From the NCBI GenBank assembly GCA_963695555.1, contig CAVOGR010000004.1, forward strand, positions 1-64,000: a stretch of DNA of 64,000 bases, written 5' to 3'. Each line of letters opens with the position of its first letter. Positions within the stretch are counted from its first letter, which is position 1. Shown one piece after another: positions 29,383-38,725 of this stretch. Below the pieces are notes generated by a model that was not told where the DNA came from, ran no database searches, and saw only the letters and a program-made list of their open reading frames with translations. The translations under genes were made by a program, and so were the position numbers. This DNA is from an uncultured Gemmatimonadales bacterium (GTDB lineage Bacteria; Gemmatimonadota; Gemmatimonadetes; Gemmatimonadales; GWC2-71-9).

Positions 29383-30915
29383 GTGGCGACGATCCGGCGG
29401 CGCCTCACGATCTGGTACACGGTCGCGCTCAGCGCGACCGTGCTGGCCTTCGGGGTGGCCCTGTATCTGGAACGACGCGGTTCGATCCTCGCCGAGCTGG
29501 ACGAGCGGGTTCATGTCGAGGCTCAATTCGTCGTGCAGTACCTTGCCCGCTCGTACACCGTGCTGGGGCAAATCACCCGGGAAGGCCCACCCCCGTTCCT
29601 GGGGGACACGCTCGATTCTCGCCCTGGCGGGGCCGAGGTGTACCGCCTGGAGCCCTCGGTTGGCGCGCCGCTGGAGGGGCTCCGCGGCTTCCTCATAGTG
29701 GCCGATCGCAATGGGCACCAGCTGTACACCTCCGACCCCGCACGTGAACTGAGTTTCGCCATCCTGGACGAGCTGTTGGCCCAGGTCCGAACGGTTCCCG
29801 ATTCCGTCCTGCTCGGCACGCTCCACACGCGCGAAGCGCTTGGGTCGCTTCGGTACGTCATCCTGCCGGTCAGAGAGGCCGGACCCCTGGTGGGTGCGGT
29901 TTTGGTCGCCCTCCCGTTGTCGGACATCAGTTTCGGCCCCGCCGAGCTGTTGCGATCGATGTTCCTCGTGGGGCCGCTCATTCTCCTCGGGGCCCTCGTG
30001 TTGGGATACTGGCTCGCGGGACGGCGGCTCCGGCCGTTGGATCGCATGATTGACGAGGTCGAGGCCATCACCGATGGCACCAGCCTGCATCGCCGCCTGG
30101 CCGTGCCGATGACGGGGGACGAGTTGTCTCGATTGGCGCTCACGGTCAACCGCATGATCGCCCGTCTCGAACGGAGTTTCACCAGCCTGCGCCGGTTCAC
30201 CGCCGACGCGAGCCACGAGCTCAAGACGCCGCTGATGGTGGTCCGAGCCGGTGTCGAGCGGGCACTCACGCGTCCGGAAATTCCCCCGGAGAGCCTGGAG
30301 ACGCTCGACCAGGCCCTCGAACAAACCAACTTCATGGCGGAGCTGGTCGACAACTTGCTCACCCTGGCTCGAGTCGATGAGGGGCGGGCGACGCTCGTTC
30401 TCGAGGAATGCGACGTGCGGGACGTGGTCCTCGATGTCTACGAGACCGCCGGCATCCTCGGGGAATCGGCGGGGGTCGACGTCGCGATGCACATGCCCGA
30501 CCAGCCCGTGCTGATCGAGGCGGACCGCGGTCGCATTCGGCAGATGCTGTTGAACCTCCTCACCAACGCCATCAAGTACACTCCGCAAGACGGACGGATC
30601 GAGATCGAGCTCGAAGACCACGACACGCAGGTCGTCTTCGTCGTTCGCGACACGGGTATCGGCATCGCGGCCGGCGACCTGGAACACGTCTTCGATCGAT
30701 TTTGGCGGGCGGATGTGGCGCGCTCCCGCGCCGGCGGTCGGCCGGGCGTCGGCCTGGGGCTCGCCATCACCAAGTGGATGGCGGAGGCTCATGGCGGGCG
30801 GATTGAGGCAGAGAGCAGGCCTGGTCGCGGCACCACCTTCCGAGTGACCATTCCGCGATCGGCAGGAGTGATCCAACCGGCCGGCGAGCGAGACGTTGTG
30901 CCCCCTCTGGTGTAG
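29383..30915 (+). CDS. Membrane HAMP sensor histidine kinase (CusS/OmpR-partner type)
   Basis: Two TM helices, HAMP, FTADASHELKTPL, NLLTNAIKY, DTGIGI, GLGLAI. Confidence 0.93.
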   Translation: MATIRRRLTIWYTVALSATVLAFGVALYLERRGSILAELDERVHVEAQFVVQYLARSYTVLGQITREGPPPFLGDTLDSRPGGAEVYRLEPSVGAPLEGLRGFLIVADRNGHQLYTSDPARELSFAILDELLAQVRTVPDSVLLGTLHTREALGSLRYVILPVREAGPLVGAVLVALPLSDISFGPAELLRSMFLVGPLILLGALVLGYWLAGRRLRPLDRMIDEVEAITDGTSLHRRLAVPMTGDELSRLALTVNRMIARLERSFTSLRRFTADASHELKTPLMVVRAGVERALTRPEIPPESLETLDQALEQTNFMAELVDNLLTLARVDEGRATLVLEECDVRDVVLDVYETAGILGESAGVDVAMHMPDQPVLIEADRGRIRQMLLNLLTNAIKYTPQDGRIEIELEDHDTQVVFVVRDTGIGIAAGDLEHVFDRFWRADVARSRAGGRPGVGLGLAITKWMAEAHGGRIEAESRPGRGTTFRVTIPRSAGVIQPAGERDVVPPLV

Positions 30916-31089
30916 GTCGGATCCAGGGTATATTGGCGGACTTGCGGGCTACCCCGCCTGCCAGTGTGGTGGCGAAGACCGTAATCTGTTTGTCATGGAC
31001 TTGTAATGTTGGGCGAGGCGGACGCCCGTACACGGGGGTACATTGATCTCAGTCAGGTGAGCCGTCGAATGCTCCCACGGAGGTAGCGT

Positions 31090-31800
31090 GTGTTCGATCA
31101 ATCTGATCGCATCGAACCCGACGAAGCAGCGGTGTTCCCCAGGGGCTGTCGTCCGTCGTCCTGCACGTGCTCGTCATCTACGGCGTCGTTCAGGTGACGC
31201 CAAGGGGCGTGCGGAGATCGTGCGGCAGCCCACGGAGGACACCACGCTCGTGTTCATTGCCCCGCCAGAAGACCACGCCGCCGCCGCCGGAGCGCCGCCC
31301 CCGGAGGCGATTGTGAGCGCCACCCCGCCACCCAAGGGGTTCCAGACGGTCATCGCGTCCGGAGGATCCCGACCGAGATCCCCCCCGTGAACCTGAACGA
31401 GCGGTTCGACCCGCGTGACTACACGGGCGTGGGTCAGGAGGGTGGTATTGCTGCGGGATCGTGGGCGGCACCGGTGATGTGCCGGCCACGGTGCAGCCGT
31501 GTTCGTCGAGGCGCTGGACGATCCTACCATCGGGTCGTCGAGCCCGCCGCTCCACTACCCGCCGCTCCTCCGGAGTGCGGGGATCTCCGGCCGTCGTGTA
31601 CGAAGTCGTGGTGGAAATGACGGCCATCCAGAGCCCAAGTCGCTGCGCTCATCTCGTCGTCGAACAAGGCGTTCGAGCGTCCGGCCCGCGATGTCATCAT
31701 GAGATCGGTGTTCCGGCCGGGCCGCATGCACGGGCAGCCCGTGCGCGTGCTCGTGGTCCAGGTCAGGAGTCTTCAACGCTAGGCTGGGGTGTTCGTAGTT
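31090..31800 (+). pseudogene. tonB: TonB energy transducer, heavily frameshifted (pseudogene or poor consensus)
   Basis: GGAGGT RBS, then fragments in changing frames: LIASNP, VVLHVLVIYGVV, Pro-rich PPPKGFQTV, IPPVNLNERFDPRDYTGVG, YPPLLRSAGISG, FRPGRMHGQPVRV; lies immediately before exbB. End coordinate approximate. Confidence 0.7.
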
Positions 31801-31853
31801 GGCACTGACCGGCGGGGGCCGTCGTTCTCTTATCGTCGAGGAGGACGGATCGC

Positions 31854-32594
31854 ATGGGTGTCGATATTCTCGAACTGTGGCACGCCGCGGGGTGGTTTGC
31901 GCGCGGGGTCATCATCGTTTTGGTCGTCATGTCGCTGATTTCGCTCACCGTGGCGGTCGCCAAGTGGTGGCGGTTCCGGAAGAGCATGAGGGAGACTCGA
32001 AAATTCACACCGCAGTTCTCGCGCTTCCTGCAGGAAGAGCAGCTCGAGCAGGCCATCCAGGTGGCCGAGAAGCAGAAGATGTGCCACGTGGCGCGCGTCC
32101 TCGGGGAGGCCCTCGTCGAGATCAAGCCGCTGCTGCGCGATCGCTCGACCGTCACCTCGGCCGACATCAACTCGGCGGAACGCGCGGTGGACCGGCAGAT
32201 GCTGATCCTCCAGGCGGAGTTGAAGCGGGGCATGGGCATCCTGGCCACGGTGGGCTCCACGGCCCCGTTCGTCGGACTGCTCGGTACCACGATGGGCATC
32301 GTGAACTCGTTCACCGGCATGGCGGAGTCCGGTTCCGGCGGTCTCGCCGCGGTGTCGGCCGGTATCGCCGAGGCCCTCATCACGACGGCGTTCGGTCTGC
32401 TCGTGGCCATTCCGGCGGTGTGGTTCTACAACTACTTCCAGACGAAGATGGAGAACCTCACGGTCGAGATGACGTACACGTCCAAGGAGTTGATCGACTT
32501 CCTGATCAAGCAGGTCGGCTCGGAGTTCGGTCGTTCGATCTTCACCAAGGAATTCAAGGCGCAGTCGGCGGCCCAGTCCGGTCACATCACCTGA
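31854..32594 (+). CDS. exbB: MotA/TolQ/ExbB proton channel protein
   Basis: LATVGSTAPFVGLLGTTMGI, GIAEALITTAFGLLVAIPA. Confidence 0.93.
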   Translation: MGVDILELWHAAGWFARGVIIVLVVMSLISLTVAVAKWWRFRKSMRETRKFTPQFSRFLQEEQLEQAIQVAEKQKMCHVARVLGEALVEIKPLLRDRSTVTSADINSAERAVDRQMLILQAELKRGMGILATVGSTAPFVGLLGTTMGIVNSFTGMAESGSGGLAAVSAGIAEALITTAFGLLVAIPAVWFYNYFQTKMENLTVEMTYTSKELIDFLIKQVGSEFGRSIFTKEFKAQSAAQSGHIT

Positions 32595-32635
32595 TCGCCT
32601 GAACCGCAGCGCCGGACGATTTCGAGGAGGATCGG

Positions 32636-33075
32636 ATGGGAGCAGACGTAGGAGGCGGAGGATCGGTCAAGTCGGAACCCAATGTGATTCCGATGATCGA
32701 CATCATGCTGGTGCTGCTGATCATCTTCATGATCGTGACACCGTGATTACGGCGGGGTTCCAGGCAACGATGCCGCGGGGCGCCAATCTCGACCCCAGTC
32801 CCGAAGGCGAAAACGAAGTGGTTCTGGGCATCGACGTGAACGGCCACTACTACCTGGATGGACGCCGGGTACAGGACGGCGCGCTGGAGGACATCTTGCG
32901 AAGCGTCTATGCCGCGCGATCGGAAGACAAGATCCTGTACTTCAAGGCCGACCAATCCTTGCGCTTCCAGAAAATCGAGGAAGCCGTGGAGATCGCCCGG
33001 CGCTCCGGTGTGCGCGTCATGGCGGCCATTACCGAGCCGCAGCAGAGCGGGTCTATCTTCGGCTCGGAGGAATAG
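32636..33075 (+). CDS. exbD: ExbD/TolR protein, one frameshift near 32743
   Basis: GAGGAGG RBS; SEPNVIPMIDIMLVLLIIFMIVTP, then continues in ORF 32743..33075 (YFKAD). Confidence 0.87.
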
Positions 33076-33078
33076 ACC

Positions 33079-33510
33079 ATGGCAATGTCAACTGAAAGCG
33101 GCGCCGGAACGATGACGTCGGAGCCCAATGTGGTTCCGATGATCGATATCCTGCTCGTGCTGCTCATCATCTTCATGATCTCGCAGCCGTTGAGCCGGAT
33201 GGCACTGGACGTGCAGGTGCCCCCGCCCCAGACCTCCCAGGCCTCGGGTCCTTCGAATCAGATCGTGCTCGAGGTGCGGGATGACGGGAGCTATGCGATC
33301 AACTCCCAGCCGGTGCCGAAGGACCAACTGGACACTCAAATCCATGCGATCTACGACACTCGTCCAGTAAAGCTCATGTTCGTCAAGGCGGGACACAACC
33401 GTCGCTATCAGGAAGTCATCGAAGCGATGGATATTGCCCGTGGCGCGGGCGTGCAGGTCATCGGCTTCACACCGGCCGAGGCGCAGGGGTCGGACCAGGC
33501 CGCACAGTAG
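33079..33510 (+). CDS. exbD: Second ExbD/TolR protein
   Basis: SEPNVVPMIDILLVLLIIFM; MDIARGAGV. Confidence 0.92.
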   Translation: MAMSTESGAGTMTSEPNVVPMIDILLVLLIIFMISQPLSRMALDVQVPPPQTSQASGPSNQIVLEVRDDGSYAINSQPVPKDQLDTQIHAIYDTRPVKLMFVKAGHNRRYQEVIEAMDIARGAGVQVIGFTPAEAQGSDQAAQ

Positions 33511-33529
33511 CAAATCTGTTCGAGGATCA

Positions 33530-33577
33530 TCGGGGGCCGGGTGCCACTGGATACGGCGCCCGGTCCCCGACTCTTTT
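33530..33577 (+). terminator. Intrinsic terminator after exbD
   Basis: 16-bp stem TCGGGGGCCGGGTGCC/GGCGCCCGGTCCCCGA (two G-U pairs) followed by CTCTTTT. Confidence 0.75.
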
Positions 33578-33806
33578 GTGGTGTGTCAGTCTCAGGCTTC
33601 CGCTCCGCGACGGACGCCGCCACACCGGCGTCGACGAAAGTGGCGGCCCATCCGTTCGACCTGTGTCACCCGGCATCCATACGACGTCCTAGTCCGGGGA
33701 GCGCCGAGGCGCGCCGGCGCCGAATGCCATGGCTGGCCGCTCCCGATAATCGGGCGTCGGTCGCCGCTCTTGTAGCGGTACCCACGCCCGATTTTGTTTA
33801 GACGAG

Positions 33807-34592
33807 ATGACCAAGCAGCCTGTGCCCGCACTTCGCTTCATCATGCCCAAGGGCCGACGCGAGCCCGTGGCCGGACTCATCCTGTCGCTGGCGCTGCACG
33901 GGGCCATCGTCGGGCTCGTCTGGTATGGACTGGCCAACGATATCCTGACCGGGCGGGACCCGGGCGCGGGACTCGACGGTGGCGGAGGGGGTGGAGGCGG
34001 GGGTGGTGGAGGCGGTCGGGTGCACCTCATCACGTTGCCAACGCCGCCGCCACGCAGCGAGGTCGTCATTGTCGAGGTGCCCCGGCCTGTTCCGCCTCCG
34101 CCCGTTGAGGTCTCGACGATTCCCCCGATCGACATCGCCGTGGTCGACACGCCCGTCGTTGTGCCGAACGACTCCATCACGGTGGCAGCTGTGGGCCAAG
34201 GGGACGCGCCTGGAGCGTCGGTGGCGGGTCAGGGTCCTGGCTCCGGCGGAGGGTCGGGTGGTGGCCAGGGAGGTGGGGTCGGGAACGGCATCGGGGGCGG
34301 GACCGGCCCCGGCACGGGAGGAGATGGCTCGCTGGCCCGGAACCCGGAACCTCGACAGCTGCTCCTTCCCCCGGAGGTCAAGGACAAGAAGCTCCGGGGC
34401 CAAACCTACGCGGTCACATTCTGGGTCCGGGCCGATGGGAGGGTCGACCGGATTCGGATCATTCCGGAGCTGCCGGACAGGGAATACGCCGAGAAGTTCC
34501 GCGAGCGGATGGAGGGCTACCTGTTCCGCCCCGCGCGTTCCCCGAGGGGTGAGCCGGTGCCCGGCACGATCAAGATCAGTGTGAGCCTCTAG
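33807..34592 (+). CDS. TonB-like membrane-anchored protein with Gly- and Pro-rich linkers
   Basis: TM with SLALH (SxxxH TonB motif); poly-Gly and Pro tracts; C-terminal FWVRADGRV...FRPAR...GEPV resembles TonB_C. Confidence 0.75.
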   Translation: MTKQPVPALRFIMPKGRREPVAGLILSLALHGAIVGLVWYGLANDILTGRDPGAGLDGGGGGGGGGGGGGRVHLITLPTPPPRSEVVIVEVPRPVPPPPVEVSTIPPIDIAVVDTPVVVPNDSITVAAVGQGDAPGASVAGQGPGSGGGSGGGQGGGVGNGIGGGTGPGTGGDGSLARNPEPRQLLLPPEVKDKKLRGQTYAVTFWVRADGRVDRIRIIPELPDREYAEKFRERMEGYLFRPARSPRGEPVPGTIKISVSL

Positions 34593-35491
34593 CCCGCCGC
34601 CAGGGCCGCTGCGAGTGTGAGCGCGCCTTGGGCCGGCTCGACCGGGCGATCGACCAGGGCAAAACGGTCGTGGGCCTGAATGGCGCCGGCCACACGATCG
34701 CGAAGCGGCATGCCCGCTCGGAGCATCCCGCCATGCAGGGCGATCGCCACGGGTTCGTCGCCCTCGAAGTGCGTCAGCATGCTTTCGGCCAAGCGCACCA
34801 GGTCCCGCGCGCTCACTTCTACCAGGCGCTGCGCGACCGGGTCATCGGTCTTTGCCGCCTCGAGCACGGGCAGGGCCAGCGAGGCCACAGCGCCGGGTGC
34901 GGCGGTGGCGGCCCAGCGGACCAGCGCGTTGAAGTCGCGCGTGCGGGTCACGGCCAAGAGTGCCGCCGTCAGTGCGGTTGCCGGGCCACGACCATCCTGA
35001 GCCCACCCTACCGCACCCAAGGCCGCTCGTCCCAGCGCGTATCCGCTTCCCTCGTCGCCCATCTGCCAGCCGTACCCGCCGCCGCGATGGATCACCCCGT
35101 CATGGTCGCGGGCGACGGCAGCACTGCCCGTGCCGGACGCCACCACGATGCCCGGCTCATCACCGAAGGCGGCGACGATGGCGATCTCCAGATCTGTGGT
35201 CACGCGGATCTGATCGGCCAGATCTTCAATGCGGAGGGCCTGGGCCAGCTCTGTCCGATCCGTTGGGTGGCCCGCGCCCGCGGCGCCCACGACGAGCGCC
35301 TTGCAACGGAGCACGCCGGCCTCCGCGAGCGCCTGCCGCACGCATTCGGCGATCGGGCTGACCGATGCGAGCGCTCTCCCCGGGCGCACCGCGGCGCCTG
35401 GGCCCGTGGCTCGACCAGCCACGGCATCCGGCATTCCGACCAGCGCCACCGTCTTGGTGCCGCCGACATCCGCACCGGCTACGATCGTCAT
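34589..35491 (-). CDS. BadF-family sugar kinase (GlcNAc/MurNAc kinase, MurK-like)
   Basis: GADVGGTKT, GAAGAG, VVASGTGS, GGYGWQMGDEGSGY. Confidence 0.88.
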   Translation of the reverse strand: MTIVAGADVGGTKTVALVGMPDAVAGRATGPGAAVRPGRALASVSPIAECVRQALAEAGVLRCKALVVGAAGAGHPTDRTELAQALRIEDLADQIRVTTDLEIAIVAAFGDEPGIVVASGTGSAAVARDHDGVIHRGGGYGWQMGDEGSGYALGRAALGAVGWAQDGRGPATALTAALLAVTRTRDFNALVRWAATAAPGAVASLALPVLEAAKTDDPVAQRLVEVSARDLVRLAESMLTHFEGDEPVAIALHGGMLRAGMPLRDRVAGAIQAHDRFALVDRPVEPAQGALTLAAALAAG

Positions 35492-36969
35492 GAGACGCTA
35501 CCTCCCCGGGTGGGCACGAGGCTGAGCCCGATCCCTGCGAGCACGGTAATAACCGTTCCGAGCGGCACGTACCAGGGCCACGCCAATCTTCCCACGATTC
35601 CGAGCCACTCCAGCCCGGTGGCCCCCGCGAGGCGGTTGGCGAACACCACCACCAGCATCACGAGCACGGTCGCCGAGACGGCGCCAATCACGTCCCGGCC
35701 GCGTGCCCTGGGCCATCGGCCGGCCAGGAGATAGGTCCCAAGCAGGCCACCGTAGGTAATCGATGCGATCGAGAGGGCCAAGACCACAACGGGGGTGTTC
35801 TCGGCCCCGGTGGAGCGATGAAAGAGCAGCGCCGCCCCGATCAGGCCGCCGGCCCACGCGGCCGAGAACCAGCGACCGGCGCGAAGCAGCGCATCCGGAT
35901 CGCGGACTTTCATGAGACCGGCATAGAGATCGTGTGTCACGGACGAGGCGAGTGCGTTGATCGACGAGCTGAGCGTGCTCATCGCAGCCGCGATGATGCC
36001 CGCGACGACCAGACCGGCGAGACCAACCGGCAGGTGATCGATGATGAACTGCGGGAAGTAGTGGTCGGCCGGCTGGTCGAGCGGTGCGAGGCCGGCAGCC
36101 CAAATTGCGGACCCCACGAGGAGAAACAGGAGGAACTGCGCGATCACCACCACGCCGGACCCGACCAGCGCGATACGCGCCTTCCGGAGCGATCCGGTTG
36201 CCAAGAGACGTTGGACGATGAGATGGTCGGTCCCGTGCGAGGCGGCGGATAACAGCGCGCCGCCGACCAGTCCGCCCAGCAGGGAGTAGGTCGTCGTCAG
36301 ATTCCACACCGGCTCGATCAGCCGGAGCTTTCCGGCCGCGGCGGCGGCGTCGAACGCGGCCCCGGCCCCGCCGGCGAGGTTCCAGGCGATGCCGAGTGCC
36401 GCGGCCCCGCCCGCCACGTAGACCAGCAGTTGGAGGACGTCGGCCCAGACCACGGCCTTGAGTCCGCCCAGAAGAGTGTACACCAGCGTCACCGACCCAA
36501 TGGCGAGTATCGCGGCGGGAATGCTCCACCCCGTGACGAGAGCGAGTGGGATGGCGCCGGCAAAGACGCGCACACCGTCGCCGAGAAACCTGGTGACCAG
36601 GAACACGGTCGAGATGAGGCGTCGAGTCGTCGGGCCGAAGCGCGACTCGAGCCGGGCGTAGGCGGTTTCCTGGTCGCCCGTGAAGTACCCGGGCAGAAGC
36701 CAGATGGCGACACCGATGCGGCCGATCAGATACCCGAAGGCAAGCTGCAGGAAGGTGAGATCGCCGCGGGCCGCAATGCCGGGGACCGAAATGACGGTGA
36801 GCGCCGATGTCTCGGTGGCGACGATCGACAGCAGGATGGCCCAGGCCGGCAGGTGGCGGGCACCCAAGAAATAGTCGCCGGCGGTTTCCTGCCGGCGGGA
36901 GACCCAGAGTCCGAGTCCCAGTGTAACAACGAAGTAGACGGCAATGACCGTCAGATCGGCTGGGCGCAT
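35488..36969 (-). CDS. Sodium:solute symporter family transporter
   Basis: DYFLG, LSIVATETS, GGLKAVVWADVLQ, DHLIVQRLLA, AAAMSTLSSSINAL; many TM helices. Confidence 0.92.
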   Translation of the reverse strand: MRPADLTVIAVYFVVTLGLGLWVSRRQETAGDYFLGARHLPAWAILLSIVATETSALTVISVPGIAARGDLTFLQLAFGYLIGRIGVAIWLLPGYFTGDQETAYARLESRFGPTTRRLISTVFLVTRFLGDGVRVFAGAIPLALVTGWSIPAAILAIGSVTLVYTLLGGLKAVVWADVLQLLVYVAGGAAALGIAWNLAGGAGAAFDAAAAAGKLRLIEPVWNLTTTYSLLGGLVGGALLSAASHGTDHLIVQRLLATGSLRKARIALVGSGVVVIAQFLLFLLVGSAIWAAGLAPLDQPADHYFPQFIIDHLPVGLAGLVVAGIIAAAMSTLSSSINALASSVTHDLYAGLMKVRDPDALLRAGRWFSAAWAGGLIGAALLFHRSTGAENTPVVVLALSIASITYGGLLGTYLLAGRWPRARGRDVIGAVSATVLVMLVVVFANRLAGATGLEWLGIVGRLAWPWYVPLGTVITVLAGIGLSLVPTRGGSVS

Positions 36970-36970
36970 C

Positions 36971-37006
36971 AACAACAAGGGCTCACACGCTGTCGCGGTG
37001 AGCCCT
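36971..37006 (-). terminator. Intrinsic-terminator-like hairpin after iscA
   Basis: AGGGCTCAC...GTGAGCCCT 9-bp stem followed on the minus strand by TGTTGTT. Confidence 0.6.
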
Positions 37007-37026
37007 CGATGGAGTGAATGGCGACC

Positions 37027-37395
37027 TTACGCGGAAAAACTGTCGCCGCAGCCACAGCCACCAGTGGCGTTGGGGTTCTTGAAAGTGAAGCCCGAGGCCT
37101 GCATGGTGGACACGTAATCAACTTCCATTCCGACCAGATACTGAGCGCTGAACCCGTCGACGAAGAGACGGACGTTGTTGACCTCGAGTACGAGATCATC
37201 CTCGAGCGCGCGCTCTTCGATGTTCAGGCTGTATTTGAATCCCGAACAGCCACCAGGGAGTACGCTGACGCGCAGTCCCGCCGTCTCTTCCGGTACCTGC
37301 TCCTGCGCTATGAATTGCTTGACTTCCTGCGCCGCCCGGTCGGTGAGCGTCATTTGGAAGCCCGTCTCTGCCGTCTGATGATCAGTTGTGCTCAC
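37027..37395 (-). CDS. HesB/IscA/ErpA A-type Fe-S carrier
   Basis: GGCSGFKY and NPNATGGCGCGDSF; GTG start after GGAGG. Confidence 0.93.
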   Translation of the reverse strand: MSTTDHQTAETGFQMTLTDRAAQEVKQFIAQEQVPEETAGLRVSVLPGGCSGFKYSLNIEERALEDDLVLEVNNVRLFVDGFSAQYLVGMEVDYVSTMQASGFTFKNPNATGGCGCGDSFSA

Positions 37396-37468
37396 CGCTT
37401 CCTCCGTGGCACCCCCCGTAGCCCCGGGGGTGTGGATGGCCGGAATCGCCCGGCAACAACATCTGTCA

Positions 37469-37497
37469 AAGCTAGAAAACGCGATCGATCCTGTCAA
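37469..37497 (-). promoter_or_regulatory. Sigma70-type promoter for the iscA-like gene
   Basis: Minus strand TTGACA-N17-TAGCTT. Confidence 0.7.
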
Positions 37498-37518
37498 ACA
37501 AACGCTGCTCGAGGGGGC

Positions 37519-38725
37519 TCAGTGGCGCTCCAGCACGCCGACAACCCGGTCTGCCACCGCTCGGCGAAGCGGGCCGGTCCGATTATTCTCGCGGGTGGGG
37601 TGCACCCGATTGGTCAGGAGAACAAGGACCAGGTTCCGGTCCGGGTCGATCCAGAGCGACGTGCCCGTGAAGCCGGTATGGCCGAAACTGGACGCGGATA
37701 ACAGGGTCCCGGCACTGTTCGTCCCGGTGGGTGTGTCCCATCCGAGGGCCCGGCTCGAACCCGGCATCACCTCCTGGCGCCGGGTGAATTCGCGCACCAT
37801 TGGCCCGGCACATGCCAATATTGGCAGGCGGCGCGGGGGTGAGTCGCCTTGGCAGCGTGGGTCGTCCTCGACGTCGGCCTCGCAGCCTGGCCAAGTACCA
37901 CTCGCCGAAGGTCATCAGATCGGTCACGGTGCCGAACAGCCCGGCGTGGCCCGAGACACCGTCCAGCCGGGCGGCGTTTTCGTCATGGACCTCTCCCCAC
38001 AGCATCCGGCCGCGCCACGGGTCCCGCTCGGTCGGGGCAATGTGCGCTCGAAGAGCGGCGGGCGGATGGTAGCGTGTGTGCCGCAGTCCGAGCGCGGGGA
38101 ATACATCGTGAGCCAGGATGGTGTCGATACGGCTCCCCCACACGGTTTCCACCGCTTGGGTGAGCACAATGGCGCCGAGATCCGAATACACGGTCGCGCT
38201 GCCGGGCACAGTGTCGAGCGGGGTCGTGTCGGCGAGCGCCAACGCCGCATCACGCGATTCCGCTTCCCGAAATAGTGGCCGCCATGCCGGAAGGCCAGTC
38301 GCATGCGTGAGCAAGTGGCGAATGGTCACCAGTTCCTTGCTGCCGCCGCCGAAGGCCGGGACGTAGCGGCGGACCGGTGCGTCCAGTTCGAGGAGGCCGC
38401 GGTCGACGGCGACCATGACAGCCGTGGTCAACCCGATCACCTTGGTGAGTGAGGCGAGGTCGTAGAGCGTCATCGAGTCCGGTCGGTCCGGCAGATCGAG
38501 GCCCAGGCGGCCTGTGCCATAGATCATGCGGCGCCCGCCGACACTCACCCCCAACACCGCCCCGGGCGCAACCCCGGCGCGCACCGCCGAATCGAGCACT
38601 GACGTAACCGGCGCCCAGTCCAGATCGGCCGCGAGATCGCCCGTCGGGATCGCGGGCGGTACGGCGGTGGAATGAAGGCACGCCCCGGCCCCGAGCAGGA
38701 GCCCGAGGAGGTGGGCCGCTTTCAT
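37519..38725 (-). CDS. Beta-lactamase-family serine hydrolase (AmiE-like), frameshifted near 37800-37870
   Basis: Lipoprotein-like signal; YDLASLTK (SxxK), LLTHATGL, YSDLG, GEVHDENA, GHAGLF; C-terminus FGHTGFTGTSLWIDP...LTNRVHP in ORF 37519..37818. ATGA overlap with nagZ. Confidence 0.88.
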
